Positions 8,198 to 16,247 of a stretch of 32,000 nt of DNA are shown piece by piece. The stretch comes from Myxococcales bacterium. GTDB taxonomy: Bacteria > Myxococcota_A > Polyangia > Haliangiales > Haliangiaceae. The stretch's first letter is position 1, and each line of letters starts with the position of its first letter. The position numbers were made by a program, and so were the translations under genes. The notes beneath the pieces are model-generated. The model was given only the letters and a program-made list of their open reading frames with translations, had not been told where the DNA came from and made no database searches. Location: assembly GCA_016706545.1 (NCBI GenBank), contig JADJJK010000032.1, positions 3,117-35,116 of the forward strand. The letters are read 5' to 3'.

Positions 8198-8494
8198 ATG
8201 ACAGCGACCGAGCGCATCACGCTGGTGGTGATCAACGAAGACATGAGCCGCGACAAGTACACGCTCAGCTCCTGGGTGGGGATCCCCCGCAAGAACGAGC
8301 TGATGTGGATCCAGGAGCAGCCCTATCTCATCGTCGAGGTGGAGTACGCGGTGTCGGATGGCTTCTTCGGCGCGCGCAGCATCGACGCTGCCGGGATCTA
8401 CGTGCGCAAGCTCAACAAGGAAGAGCAAGACGCGGTGGCCCGGCGGCTCGAGCCGCCAGTGCGAGGCAAGGACGAGCAGCCGTTCAGACCGTAG
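8198..8494 (+). CDS. Small hypothetical protein (98 aa)
   Basis: ORF with ATG start, a normal non-Arg-rich composition (MTATERITLVVINEDMSRDKYTLSSWVGIPRKNELMWIQEQPYLIVEVEY...) and GC3-biased codons. No family recognised. Confidence 0.6.
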   Translation: MTATERITLVVINEDMSRDKYTLSSWVGIPRKNELMWIQEQPYLIVEVEYAVSDGFFGARSIDAAGIYVRKLNKEEQDAVARRLEPPVRGKDEQPFRP

Positions 8495-8534
8495 CGACAC
8501 GCGGCCGACGAAGATGCCCGCGTCGCGTCGACTC

Positions 8535-8600
8535 GACTCCAGGTCGCGTCGGGCCAGGTCGACTCGGGCCAGGTCGCGTCAGGCCACTCCGGGTCGCGTC
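8535..8600. repeat. Degenerate ~15-bp tandem repeat in a convergent intergenic region
   Basis: GGTCGCGTC recurs at 8542-8550, 8572-8580 and 8592-8600. GGGCCAGGTCG occurs twice (8551 and 8566). Confidence 0.5.
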
Positions 8601-9396
8601 AGCGCAAGCCGAGCACGTCGAGCATGTCGTAGCGACCAGGCGGCTTCCCCACCACCCACGCCGTGGCGCGGAGCGCCCCCGCCGCGAAGATGGTACGGGA
8701 GGTAGCGCGGTGCGACAGCTCGAGCCGCTCCCCGGCGCCAAACAGCGACACAGTGTGCTCGCCGACGACGTCGCCGCCGCGCACGGCATGCACGCCGATC
8801 TCGCCCTGCGGCCGGGCGCCCACGTCGCCATCGCGCCCATGGCGCTTGACCGCGTCATAGGCCACGCCGTGACCGGCGGCCGCCGCCTGCGCCAGGGTCA
8901 AGGCCGTGCCGGACGGCGCGTCGCGCTTGGCGCGGTGATGCGTCTCGACGATCTCCACGTCCCAGGTGGGCCCCAGCGCCTGCGCCGCCTTGCGCACCAG
9001 CCCAGCGAGCAGGTTGACCCCTAGCGAGAAGTTGGAGGCCACCACGATGGGCGCCACGCGCGCCAGCTCGGCGAGCACCGCTTCGTCCGCGGCGGACAGG
9101 CCGGTGGTGCCGATCACCGCCGGCGTGCCAAGCTCCCGCGCTAGCTGCGCCGCGCTGACCGTGGCGGCGACCGAGGTGAAGTCCACGTACACCGCGGCGG
9201 CGGCCAGCCCCGCGCGCAGGTCCGAGCCCACCACCACCTGGCCCGCGACGGTCTGCCCGAGCCCCGGAGCGTCCGGGCGATCCACCGCGGCGGAGATCTT
9301 CACGTCAGACCGCCCGGCCGCGGCGTCGATCACCGCGCGGCCCATGCGACCGGACGGCCCGAGCACGCACACCCGGACGGCGCCGTCCTTGGTCAC
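8599..9396 (-). CDS. dapB: 4-hydroxy-tetrahydrodipicolinate reductase
   Basis: Within ORF 8599..9618. The DapB N-terminus is VRVCVLGPSGRMGRAVIDAA (GxxGxxG NAD fold), followed by ...EIVETHHRAKRDAPSGTAL...IGVHAVRGGDVVGEHTV. GTG 9396 overlaps the dapA stop (GTGA) and gives 265 aa, a typical DapB length. Confidence 0.9.
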   Translation of the reverse strand: MTKDGAVRVCVLGPSGRMGRAVIDAAAGRSDVKISAAVDRPDAPGLGQTVAGQVVVGSDLRAGLAAAAVYVDFTSVAATVSAAQLARELGTPAVIGTTGLSAADEAVLAELARVAPIVVASNFSLGVNLLAGLVRKAAQALGPTWDVEIVETHHRAKRDAPSGTALTLAQAAAAGHGVAYDAVKRHGRDGDVGARPQGEIGVHAVRGGDVVGEHTVSLFGAGERLELSHRATSRTIFAAGALRATAWVVGKPPGRYDMLDVLGLR

Positions 9397-10280
9397 AGCA
9401 ACCCGACGGTCGCCAGCTCGGCGCCGAGCTGCTTGGCGAGCCCCGCGCTGCACGGCACCAGCGGCAAGCGCACCTCCGAGGTGCAGCGGCCCATCGCCGC
9501 GAGCGCCGCCTTGACCGGGATCGGATTTGACTCCACGAACAGGAGCTGGTTGAGCACGCGCAGCCGGTGATGCAGCGCCCGCGCCGCGTCCCACTGTCCC
9601 TCGCGCGCCAGGTCCCACATCTGCGCCATCTCGCGCGGCGCGATGTTCGAGACCACCGAGATGACGCCGCGCCCGCCCACCGCGTACGTCGGAAACGTGG
9701 TCGCGTCGTCCCCGCTTATCACCGCCATGCGCTGCCCCACCCTGGCCACCAGCTCGGTGATGCGCGGCAGCGAGCCGGAGGCCTCCTTGATGCCGACGAT
9801 GTTGGGGATCTCCGCCAGCCGCTCCACCGTGTCGGGCAAAAGGTCGCAGGAGGTCCGGCTCGGCACGTTGTAGAGCAGGATGGGCAACGTGGTGGACGCC
9901 GCGATCGCGGAGTAGTGACGGAACAGCCCCTCCTGCGTGGGCTTGTTGTAGTACGGCGTGACGTGCAAGAGCGCCTGCGCCCCCGCCTTCTGGGAGGCCG
10001 CGGTCAACGCCAGCGCCTCCGCGGTGGCGTTGCCGCCAGCGCCCGCCACCACCGGGACTCGGCCGCGCGCCACGCGCACCACGTGCGAGATCACCGCGAC
10101 GTGCTCGTCGACGTCGAGCGTCGCGGACTCCCCGGTGGTGCCGACCGCCACCAGCCCATCAATGCCGCAATCGATCTGCCAGTCGACCAGGCGGGTCAGG
10201 GCGTCGTAGTCCACCGCGCCATCGCGAAACGGCGTGACGAGAGCGGTGAGACATCCTTCGATCGGGGGCAGCTTCGCCAT
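9393..10280 (-). CDS. dapA: 4-hydroxy-tetrahydrodipicolinate synthase
   Basis: C-terminal 295 aa of the over-extended ORF 9393..11345: MAKLPPIEGCLTALVTPFRDGAVDYDALTRLVDWQIDCGIDGLVAVGTTGESATLDVDEH...LLYNVPSRT...GIKEASGS. AGAGGA lies 5 nt upstream of ATG 10280. Confidence 0.93.
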   Translation of the reverse strand: MAKLPPIEGCLTALVTPFRDGAVDYDALTRLVDWQIDCGIDGLVAVGTTGESATLDVDEHVAVISHVVRVARGRVPVVAGAGGNATAEALALTAASQKAGAQALLHVTPYYNKPTQEGLFRHYSAIAASTTLPILLYNVPSRTSCDLLPDTVERLAEIPNIVGIKEASGSLPRITELVARVGQRMAVISGDDATTFPTYAVGGRGVISVVSNIAPREMAQMWDLAREGQWDAARALHHRLRVLNQLLFVESNPIPVKAALAAMGRCTSEVRLPLVPCSAGLAKQLGAELATVGLL

Positions 10281-10400
10281 GGGATCCTCTTGCGGTTTCT
10301 TTCGCGTCATATCAACAAACGCCTGGGCAAGGCCAGGGATTCCGCGCCACGAGATCCTCGCGATTGGCGGTGAGGCGAGGTTGTGTCGTAAGGTCGCCCA

Positions 10401-11360
10401 ATGGAAGTCGTCCGTGGACTCGCCGCCAAGCCACGCTGGGACAAAGCGGCGATCGCCCTGGGCAACTTCGATGGGGTCCACCTCGGCCACCGCGCGCTCC
10501 TGGATCGCGCCATCGCGCGCGCCAGGGAGCTGTCCGGCAAGAGCGTGGCGGTCACCTTCGATCCGCACCCCACTGCCGTGCTCGCGCCGCAGCACGCCCC
10601 CGCGTTGCTGACCACGGTGGCGCGCCGCCTGGAGTGGCTGGAGCACACCGGCGTCGACGCGGCGGTGGTGATCCCGTTCTCCGCGGAGCTGGCCGCGATG
10701 ACCGCCGAGGACTTCGTGGAGCAGGTCTTGCGCCAGCACCTGGCGGCCGCGCACGTCGTCGTCGGCTATGACTTTGGCTACGGTCGCGGCCGCGCCGGCT
10801 CCGCCGCCACGCTCTCGGCGCACGGCGCCAGGGCCGGCTTCGGCGTCGACGTGATCGCGCCGGTGACGCTCGCCGGGCAGGCCGCGTCGTCGACCGCGAT
10901 CCGCGGCCACCTGCGCCTGGGCGATCTCGCGAGCGCGCGCCGCTTGCTCGGACACGCCTACGATCTGGACGGCGTGGTGGTGCATGGCGAAAAGCGCGGC
11001 CGGACGCTGGGCTTTCCCACCGCCAACGTGGAGCCGGACCTCCCGCTGGTCCTTGGCTCCGGGATCTACGCCTGCCGGCTCGCCGTGTTCGAGGACGCGC
11101 GCCCCACCACGCTCGGCCCTGCGCTGCCGGCGGTGGCGAGCCTCGGCACCAACCCGACGTTCGTCGATGGCACGCGGCGCACGCTCGAGGTGTTCGTCCT
11201 CGATTTCACCGGCGATCTGTACGACCGGCGAGTGCGGGTGGAGCTGGTGACCAAGCTGCGCGACGAAGCTCGCTATCCGTCCATCGACGCGCTGGTCGCG
11301 CAGATCACGCGCGACGTGCAAGACGCGCGACGCGCGCTCGCCCAAGACTCGCCGCCCTGA
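10401..11360 (+). CDS. ribF: Bifunctional riboflavin kinase / FMN adenylyltransferase
   Basis: AIALGNFDGVHLGHRALL...VAVTFDPHP...VVVGYDFGYGRGRAGS...SSTAIR...GVVVHGEKRGRTLGFPTAN...GTNPTF...LEVFVLDF.GDLY. Length 319 aa. Confidence 0.93.
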   Translation: MEVVRGLAAKPRWDKAAIALGNFDGVHLGHRALLDRAIARARELSGKSVAVTFDPHPTAVLAPQHAPALLTTVARRLEWLEHTGVDAAVVIPFSAELAAMTAEDFVEQVLRQHLAAAHVVVGYDFGYGRGRAGSAATLSAHGARAGFGVDVIAPVTLAGQAASSTAIRGHLRLGDLASARRLLGHAYDLDGVVVHGEKRGRTLGFPTANVEPDLPLVLGSGIYACRLAVFEDARPTTLGPALPAVASLGTNPTFVDGTRRTLEVFVLDFTGDLYDRRVRVELVTKLRDEARYPSIDALVAQITRDVQDARRALAQDSPP

Positions 11361-11402
11361 CCCGCCCCACTCTGAGACGCGCGAGGGCGCGCTCCCGAGC
11401 GG

Positions 11403-12575
11403 TCACAGCAACGACGGCACCAGCACGAGAAAGCCGGCGGCGAACGCCAAGAGGCCCGCGCCCGCGAGCAAGACCCGGGGCGCTGGCCCGGCGGCGCCAG
11501 GCGCAGCCAGCAGCGCCGCGACCGGCGCAGGCGCCGACGACGCCGACGCCGACGCGAAACCGAGCGCCGGCGCGGAGCTCACCATCGCGCCGAGGCGCTG
11601 GATGGCGAAGCCCGCCGCCAGGGCCGCCGCCAGGAGCGCCGGCACGCCGAGCTGATGGCGGCGCCCGTCGACGACGAGGCCGCCCACCGCGAGCGCCGTC
11701 AAGCACCCGGCGAGCCAGCGATCTGCTGGCGACCAGGCACGCGCCGCGAGCGACGTGGCGGCGCTGGCAGCCTCTTCCTTGCGGGCGGACAGGGCGAGCG
11801 CCAGCACGCCGGCGATCGCCGCCACCACCGCGGTCGGCCCCAGCCGCTCCGCCAGCGCCTGCGCGGCGGCCAGCGGCGAACTCGCCGCCCCCGGCCCGGC
11901 GGCAGCGCCCGCCGCGGCCACCGCGCTGGAAGCGAGCACGCCGCGCAGCCACAGCGCCGCGGCGGCCAGGAGCAGCGCTGGCGTCACGCCCAGCGCGGCC
12001 ACGCGAACCTCCCGCCGACCGCGCAGGTCGCCGCGGCGCCGCCCCACGCTCGACCACCACAGCAGCAACGCCGGCCCCGCCAGCGCGCCATACCCAGGCT
12101 CGAGCGCTGCCGCCACCACCACCGCCAGCGCGGCGCCCAGCGCCTCGCGCGCCGGCACCTCGGCGCCAGCGCTAGCGACCCGACGACAGCCCGAGATCGC
12201 GACCAGCGCCGCGCCCACCGCGACCGCGCCGGCCGCGCCCGCGAGCCAGTACGTCGGCGCGCCCACCAGCAACACCGCGCTGACCACGCCGGCGATCGCG
12301 CCCACCGCACCTTCGGAGGTCACCGCGCTCCCCGACGAGGCCGGCATCGCCGACGATGAGACGATCTTGGCCACCGCCCAGGCCGTGATGGCGGCCACCA
12401 GCGCCAGCGCCAGGCGGCTCCGCAGGGCGGCGTCGCCCAGCGGCAACCACAGGGCCAGCGCGTCGACCAGCCGCGATCCGGCGCCCATGGAGCCGCGTGA
12501 CAGCGTCGCGTACGCCGCGAATACCAGCGCCGCGACCCACAGCGGCGCGAAGCGATGGAGCTTCATGGGCGGCAT
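11403..12575 (-). CDS. Ala/Leu-rich polytopic integral membrane protein, function unknown
   Basis: 390-aa ORF: MPPMKLHRFAPLWVAALVFAAYATL...LALALVAAITAWAVAKIV... It has many hydrophobic segments and GC3 bias. The alternative start is ATG 12566. No family motif that I can name. Confidence 0.6.
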   Translation of the reverse strand: MPPMKLHRFAPLWVAALVFAAYATLSRGSMGAGSRLVDALALWLPLGDAALRSRLALALVAAITAWAVAKIVSSSAMPASSGSAVTSEGAVGAIAGVVSAVLLVGAPTYWLAGAAGAVAVGAALVAISGCRRVASAGAEVPAREALGAALAVVVAAALEPGYGALAGPALLLWWSSVGRRRGDLRGRREVRVAALGVTPALLLAAAALWLRGVLASSAVAAAGAAAGPGAASSPLAAAQALAERLGPTAVVAAIAGVLALALSARKEEAASAATSLAARAWSPADRWLAGCLTALAVGGLVVDGRRHQLGVPALLAAALAAGFAIQRLGAMVSSAPALGFASASASSAPAPVAALLAAPGAAGPAPRVLLAGAGLLAFAAGFLVLVPSLL

Positions 12576-12657
12576 CGTGACGCAGGTCTTGGTCGCGCGC
12601 GACTTTTCACCTCACGGTCTCAAAGAACGTGGCAGGCGCCGCGTGTCGCGCGAGAAC

Positions 12658-13146
12658 TCACGGAATTCGCTCGTGTTGCATCACCCAGTTGGACTCCCAG
12701 GTCTGGCCGCCATCATCGGAGAACGCCTGCTCCCAGCGCGCCCGCGTCGGGCCCTGGCGCGTCCACGTGAAGCGCACGCGGATCGGCTTGCCGTCCAGCA
12801 CATCGCCCCCTTCGAACGTCCCCACGTCTCGCGAGAAGGCGCCGATCACCGGCGGCTCGAAGACGCCACGCTGGTTGCTCGCCCAGTAGATCGACCACAG
12901 CCTGGTGGCCGGGTCGTAGAGCCGCACCGTCATCCCCACGAACCCCGGCCGCCAGTCGGTGCGGAAATCATCCTCGTTCCCCATCCCGGAGAGCAGCGGC
13001 CGAGCCTGGGACACGGCCTCGAACTCCTCCCACTCCGTACAACCCTTGAGGCGCTCCATGAGGCGCCGGTTGTGGATGCGCCACCTGCCGGTCAGAAAGT
13101 CGAAGTCCCGTGCGCCATCTGTCTCCGATCCGAGCTGCGCTTGCAT
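12658..13146 (-). CDS. Conserved hypothetical small soluble protein (DUF1579-/lipocalin-like beta-barrel; family name tentative)
   Basis: MQAQLGSETDGARDFDFLTGRWRIHNRRLMERLKGCTEWEEFEAVSQ...LWSIYWASNQRGVFEPPVIGAF...GKPIRVRFTWTR...ARWEQAFSDDGGQTWESNWVM. The ORF track starts at 13209, but internal ATG 13146 removes a non-protein-like leader. Confidence 0.7.
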   Translation of the reverse strand: MQAQLGSETDGARDFDFLTGRWRIHNRRLMERLKGCTEWEEFEAVSQARPLLSGMGNEDDFRTDWRPGFVGMTVRLYDPATRLWSIYWASNQRGVFEPPVIGAFSRDVGTFEGGDVLDGKPIRVRFTWTRQGPTRARWEQAFSDDGGQTWESNWVMQHERIP

Positions 13147-13198
13147 AGCCAACGTTCCTTTCGAGTGTGAAGGCCTCGTGCCCACGGCTATCGCACTC

Positions 13199-13223
13199 AA
13201 ATAGGACACTTTCGGTCCTATTT
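13199..13223. promoter_or_regulatory. Perfect 9-bp inverted repeat (AAATAGGAC-N7-GTCCTATTT), a candidate operator in the divergent promoter region
   Basis: Arms at 13199-13207 and 13215-13223. It is an AT-rich island in GC-rich DNA, 18 nt upstream of the yafY-like ATG and 53 nt from the divergent gene's ATG. Confidence 0.4.
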
Positions 13224-13240
13224 CGATCTACCCTCGGCGC

Positions 13241-14221
13241 ATGGCCCGGTCGACGCCTCGGATCTTGTCGGCGCTGGAGCTGCTGCAGGCGAGGGAGCGC
13301 ATGACCGGCGCCGAGCTGGCCGCGCAGCTCGGCGTGGACCGGCGGACGGTGCGGCGCTACATGACCGCGCTCGAGGAGCTGGGCGTCCCCATCGGCGCCG
13401 AGCGCGGGCGCGACGGCGCCTACTTCCTGGTCGCCGGCTACAAGGTGCCGCCGATGATGTTCTCCGAGGAGGAGGCGCTGGTGCTGTCGCTGGGCCTCTT
13501 GGCCGCGCGCAGCCTGGGACTCACCTCGGCCAGCGCGGCCACCGCCACCGCACAGGCCAAGCTCGAGCGGGTCATGCCGGCGCGGCTCAAGCGACGCGCG
13601 CGCGCCATCCACGAGACGGTGGCGCTGGAGCCCGCACGCCAGCGGCCCGAGCCGCTGATCGATGGCTCGGTGCTTGAGCACCTGAGCCAGGCGGCGCAGC
13701 AACGGACGCGGGTCCGCGTGCGCTACCAGCCCGCGTCAGGCCAGGGGTCCGAGCGGGAGCTCGATCCATACGGCCTCGGTTTTCGCGGCGGTCGCTGGTA
13801 TGTCGTCGGGTGGTGTCACCAGCGCGCGGCCCTGCGCTCCTTCCGGGTGGACCGGATCCGGCACCTCGAGCCGCTGCAGGCTAGCTTCGAGCGCCCGGCG
13901 GGGTTCGATGTGATGCGGCACCTCACCACGTCCATCGCCAGCCTGCCGCGCGCCCAGACCATCGAGGTGTGGCTGGACACATCGGAGGACGTCGCGCGGC
14001 AGGAGCTGTTCCCGGCCGCGGGCGTGCTGGAGCAGACCGCGGCGGGCCTGGTGCTGCACAGCCAGGCGGACGATCTCGCGTGGTTCGCGCGCGAGCTCGC
14101 GCGCCTGCCGTTCCGCTTCCAGATCCTGCGGCCGGTCGCGCTGACCCGCGCGCTGGTCGCGCACGCGCGCCGGCTCACCGCAGCGCCTCGTCGTCGCGCA
14201 GCCCGCAAGTCCTTGACGTGA
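13241..14221 (+). CDS. YafY-family transcriptional regulator (N-terminal HTH, WYL domain, C-terminal WCX-like)
   Basis: RILSALELLQARERMTGAELAAQLGVDRRTVRRYMTALEELGVPI is the HTH_11/DeoR-type part. ELDPYGLGFRGGRWYVVGWCHQRAALRSFRVDRI is the WYL core. Confidence 0.88.
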   Translation: MARSTPRILSALELLQARERMTGAELAAQLGVDRRTVRRYMTALEELGVPIGAERGRDGAYFLVAGYKVPPMMFSEEEALVLSLGLLAARSLGLTSASAATATAQAKLERVMPARLKRRARAIHETVALEPARQRPEPLIDGSVLEHLSQAAQQRTRVRVRYQPASGQGSERELDPYGLGFRGGRWYVVGWCHQRAALRSFRVDRIRHLEPLQASFERPAGFDVMRHLTTSIASLPRAQTIEVWLDTSEDVARQELFPAAGVLEQTAAGLVLHSQADDLAWFARELARLPFRFQILRPVALTRALVAHARRLTAAPRRRAARKSLT

Positions 14222-14459
14222 CAACGATTCAGGGCTGCAAGCCCGCGCTCCTCGCCCGTCGAGGCCCAAGGCCTTGGCTGCAGAATACGGGTCTTGGGCC
14301 GTCTTGGGCCCCGCCACTTGAATCCGCGCCTGGCCTGGGCGTCGAATCGCCACAACCGCAGCCGCAAAGGTTGCACGTCCCGCGACAAGCAGGTCGGCGA
14401 CGCCGACGTCAAGCCTCCTCGCGTCACGTGGTAGCCTTGGTCGCTCTGCAGGAGAACTT

Positions 14460-16059
14460 ATGAAGAACCGTACCAAGCTCACTATCCTTCTCGGGCTGGC
14501 GCTGGGCCAGCCCGCGCTGGCACAGGTGGTGGTCGCTCCGCCGCCGCCCACCAGCGCTCCGTCTGCGCCCGTCGGGCCAACCGTCGCGCCACCCTCGGCT
14601 CCCGCCGCCACCACCGCGATGACCGCGCAAGCTCGCCCCGGCTTCCTCTGGGTGCAGGGGCGCTGGCAGTGGACCAACGGCCAGTACCAGTGGATCGACG
14701 GCCACTGGGAGCGCGAGCGCGCCAACCAGGTGTGGCAGGACGGCTACTGGGAGCTCCGCGGCAACACCTACGTCTGGGTCGAGGGCCGCTGGCAAACTCC
14801 TGGCCGATACCCCACCACCGAGCCGCCGCCGCCGTCTGCCGAGACTCCCGCCGCGAGCCCAGGTCACCGCTGGGTGGCCGGCCGCTGGGACTGGCGTCGA
14901 GGGCGCTGGGTCTGGCTACCCGGCCGCCTCATGCGCGAGCGCCCGGGCTATCGCTTCACCCCAGGCCGCTGGGAGCGACGCGGCGATCGCTACGAGTGGA
15001 TAAGCGAGGTGTGGGAAGAGATCCGCTTCCCGTCCGATCCGCCGCCCCCCTCGCGCCCGGAGAACCCGGGGATGCGCAACGGCTGGGTGTGGGTCGCCGG
15101 CCACTATGAGTGGAAGGCCGGCCAGTACCGCTGGGTCGATGGGCGCTGGGAGCGCGAGCGCACCGGCAAGCGCTGGGTCCCCGGACGCTGGGAGAAGCGC
15201 GGCGATCGCTACGAGTGGATCCCGGAGCTGCTCGCCGATGTCCCGGTCCTGCCCTACCCCAACGAGGCGCCGCCGCCGGTCGTCACCGAGACGCCGGGCG
15301 CCCGCGCCGACTACGTCTGGGTGGCGGGCCGCTGGGACTGGCACCAGGGGCAGTGGCGCTGGATCAAGGGGCGCTGGGAGCGCGAGCGCGTCGGCAAGCG
15401 CTGGCAAGCTGGCCGCTGGGAGCGGCGCGGTGATCGCTACGAGTGGATCCGACACCTGGATCGATGTCCCGGTGGCGCAGTTCCCCACCGAGCCCCCGCC
15501 GCCCAATCGGCCGGAGATCCTGAGCGCTCGGGATAGCTACATCTGGATCCCGGGGCGCTGGGACTGGCGCCAGGGCAAGTACGTCTGGGTCAACGGCCGC
15601 TACGAGCGCGAGCGCGCGGGCAAGCGCCTCCAGATGGGCCGCTGGGAGAAGCGCGGCGACCACTACGAGTGGATCGCGGAGCTCTGGGTGGACGTGGCGC
15701 CCGTGCCGGCGCCCACGCCGATGCCGGCGCCGCCCCCGCCGCCAGCGCCGCGCGCCGAGACGCCGCCGTCCCCGCCGCAGCAGGGTGGCCCGTACCTGTG
15801 GATCCCGGGCAGCTACGAGTGGCGAAACAGCGCCTATGTCTGGGTGGATGGACGCTGGGAGCGTCCGCGCAACAACGAGCGCTGGGTCCCCGGGCACTGG
15901 GAGATGGTCAACAACCAGTGGCAGTGGCTCCCCGGCCAGTGGGAGCGAACGCGCCGCGACCGCGACGGCCGAGGCCGAGGCCGGGACGACGACGACCGCG
16001 GCAGGGGCCGAGGCGGCGACCGCGACGACGACCGCGGCAAGGGCCGCCGCAACGACTGA
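14460..16059 (+). CDS. Secreted WXXGXW-repeat protein with six ~55-aa modules and an Arg/Asp/Gly-rich tail. The reading frame breaks at ~15447-15452.
   Basis: AGGAG lies 7 nt upstream of ATG. Signal peptide: MKNRTKLTILLGLALGQPALAQ. Modules such as WVAGRWDWHQGQWRWIKGRWERERVGKRWQAGRWERRGDRYEWI are separated by Pro-rich linkers. After module 4 the ORF 14460..15536 becomes non-repeat sequence, while ORF 15106..16059 in the next frame continues with ...TWIDVPVAQFPTEPPPP...YIWIPGRWDWRQGKYVWVNGRYERERAGKR..., i.e. modules 5 and 6. Confidence 0.8.
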
Positions 16060-16098
16060 CCTGCGGTAGCCACCGACGACCACCGACGAGGATCGGGC

Positions 16099-16127
16099 AG
16101 AGGGGATGGCACACCGCCATCCCCTCT
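16099..16127 (+). terminator. Hairpin with a perfect 12-bp stem and 5-nt loop, 40 nt after the WXXGXW gene stop
   Basis: AGAGGGGATGGC-acacc-GCCATCCCCTCT. There is no T-tract, which is common in high-GC genomes. Confidence 0.5.
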
Positions 16128-16133
16128 CGTCGT

Positions 16134-16231
16134 TCCAGCGCGCGGCTCCAGCGCGCGGCCGCGCCGCTCGGCCGCAGCACCCGACCGCAGCGCGCAGCTT
16201 CAGCGCTCGGCCGCAGCACCCGGCCGCAGCG
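16134..16231. repeat. Two short intergenic duplications
   Basis: TCCAGCGCGCGGC is perfectly duplicated in tandem (16134-16146 and 16147-16159). The 27-mer GCTCGGCCGCAGCACCCG(A/G)CCGCAGCG occurs at 16166-16192 and 16205-16231, differing at 1 nt. Confidence 0.8.
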
Positions 16232-16247
16232 GTGATACGGTGGGCGT

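Noticed and set aside
10281-10400. Riboswitches: lysine (L-box) before dapA, FMN before ribF, M-box before mgtA
   Set aside because: The dapA/ribF spacer is only 120 bp and is shared by two divergent promoters. The mgtA spacer is 12 nt. I see no conserved riboswitch core sequences, and ribF is not normally FMN-riboswitch controlled.
10281-11345. Upstream 355 aa of the 650-aa ORF 9393..11345 (minus strand)
   Set aside because: It is antisense to ribF and Arg/His-rich. dapA has a good RBS and ATG at 10280 and a canonical length from there.
14266-14310. 12-bp palindrome CCAAGGCCTTGG (14266-14277) and tandem GTCTTGGGCC x2 (14291-14310) downstream of the yafY-like gene
   Set aside because: These are real sequence features. 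They are short and GC-rich, so they are expected fairly often by chance here. The palindrome has no loop to make a terminator hairpin, and I cannot attach a function.
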